Source: Octopus sinensis (lineage: Eukaryota). Taken from it: a stretch of 64,000 nt of DNA. The DNA is taken from assembly GCF_006345805.1 (NCBI RefSeq), contig NC_042999.1, positions 67,890,001-67,954,000 of the forward strand. The letters are read 5' to 3'. Positions 63,436 through 64,000 of this stretch are shown piece by piece. Under the pieces are notes generated by a model, which was not told where the DNA came from, made no database searches, and saw only the letters and a program-made list of their open reading frames with translations. The position numbers and the translations under genes are program-made. Within the stretch, counting starts at the first letter, position 1. Every line of letters starts with the position of its first letter.

Positions 63436-64000
63436 ATATATATATATATATATATATATAGTACATCGACTCTTCTTTCATTTTCCTTCTACTAAATCCA
63501 CTCGCAGCTTTGTCGGCCTGAGGGCTATAATAAAAGACACTTGTCACGGCCACAACACGTAGGACCTGACCTTGAAACCATGTGGTTGAGAAAGAGACTT
63601 CTTGCCAGACAGCCTGTACCAATAGAAAAATATGGGACGTTTCACGAATTTGTGTGCCGTCCCTGTGCAGTGGTCATGCTGGTCTTCTCTGCATCGTTTA
63701 ATCTTTAGTACGTTGCTGAAGAAAAAAAAATGCACATTGGACAATGCAATCCAGAAATTTAGAATTTTAGTTGTGGTTTTCTGAAGTCGAGTTAAACTGG
63801 AATTAACCAACAACAGTAACAACAGGCCTAGTGTGTATAACAATCTCTCAATGATATTACTAACTTAAGCAGCTACTGAGTCTTATTTGTAAACCTTCAG
63901 CAAAGTTGGGTCGTGATTGGCAGGGATGGAGCGTCTTTCAACAAAAGTCTTCTGGATTAATGCTCACCTGGGGGTTAACAAACAAAAATAGCAGCATTTT

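Larger units (their letters stand above)
62236..63618 (-). mobile_element. Old family A SINE split by TA-tract insertions (tail to about 62440, head 63466-63618)
   Basis: Both halves match family A on the minus strand. Confidence 0.72.

Overview
AT-rich, repeat-saturated eukaryotic DNA. The SINE types and extreme microsatellite load suggest an octopus or other coleoid cephalopod (inference). No host gene can be supported, and almost all listed ORFs are microsatellite or TE artefacts. The window holds three abundant tRNA-type SINE families and an ancient dispersed repeat. It also holds a near-intact 5'-truncated CR1-group LINE ORF2, 3' fragments of CR1, RTE, I-group and R4/Dong-like LINEs, five Helitrons (two with PIF1 helicase remnants), a HINE-like element, decayed Tc1/mariner transposons, MITEs and two candidate solo LTRs. 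The most notable signal is a set of unrelated elements sitting in (TA)n tracts that each carry a type I hammerhead ribozyme with a minimal, self-complementary stem III. Three of them are fold-back palindromes, including a perfect 778-bp one at 21915-22692. Other highlights are a 319-bp fold-back duplication at the LINE 5' end, a SINE/LINE shared 3' tail with a covarying stem-loop, SINE multimers with one recurrent junction, and a dense NRF1/ETS promoter-like cluster. All coordinates were read by eye, so ends of decayed elements are approximate.
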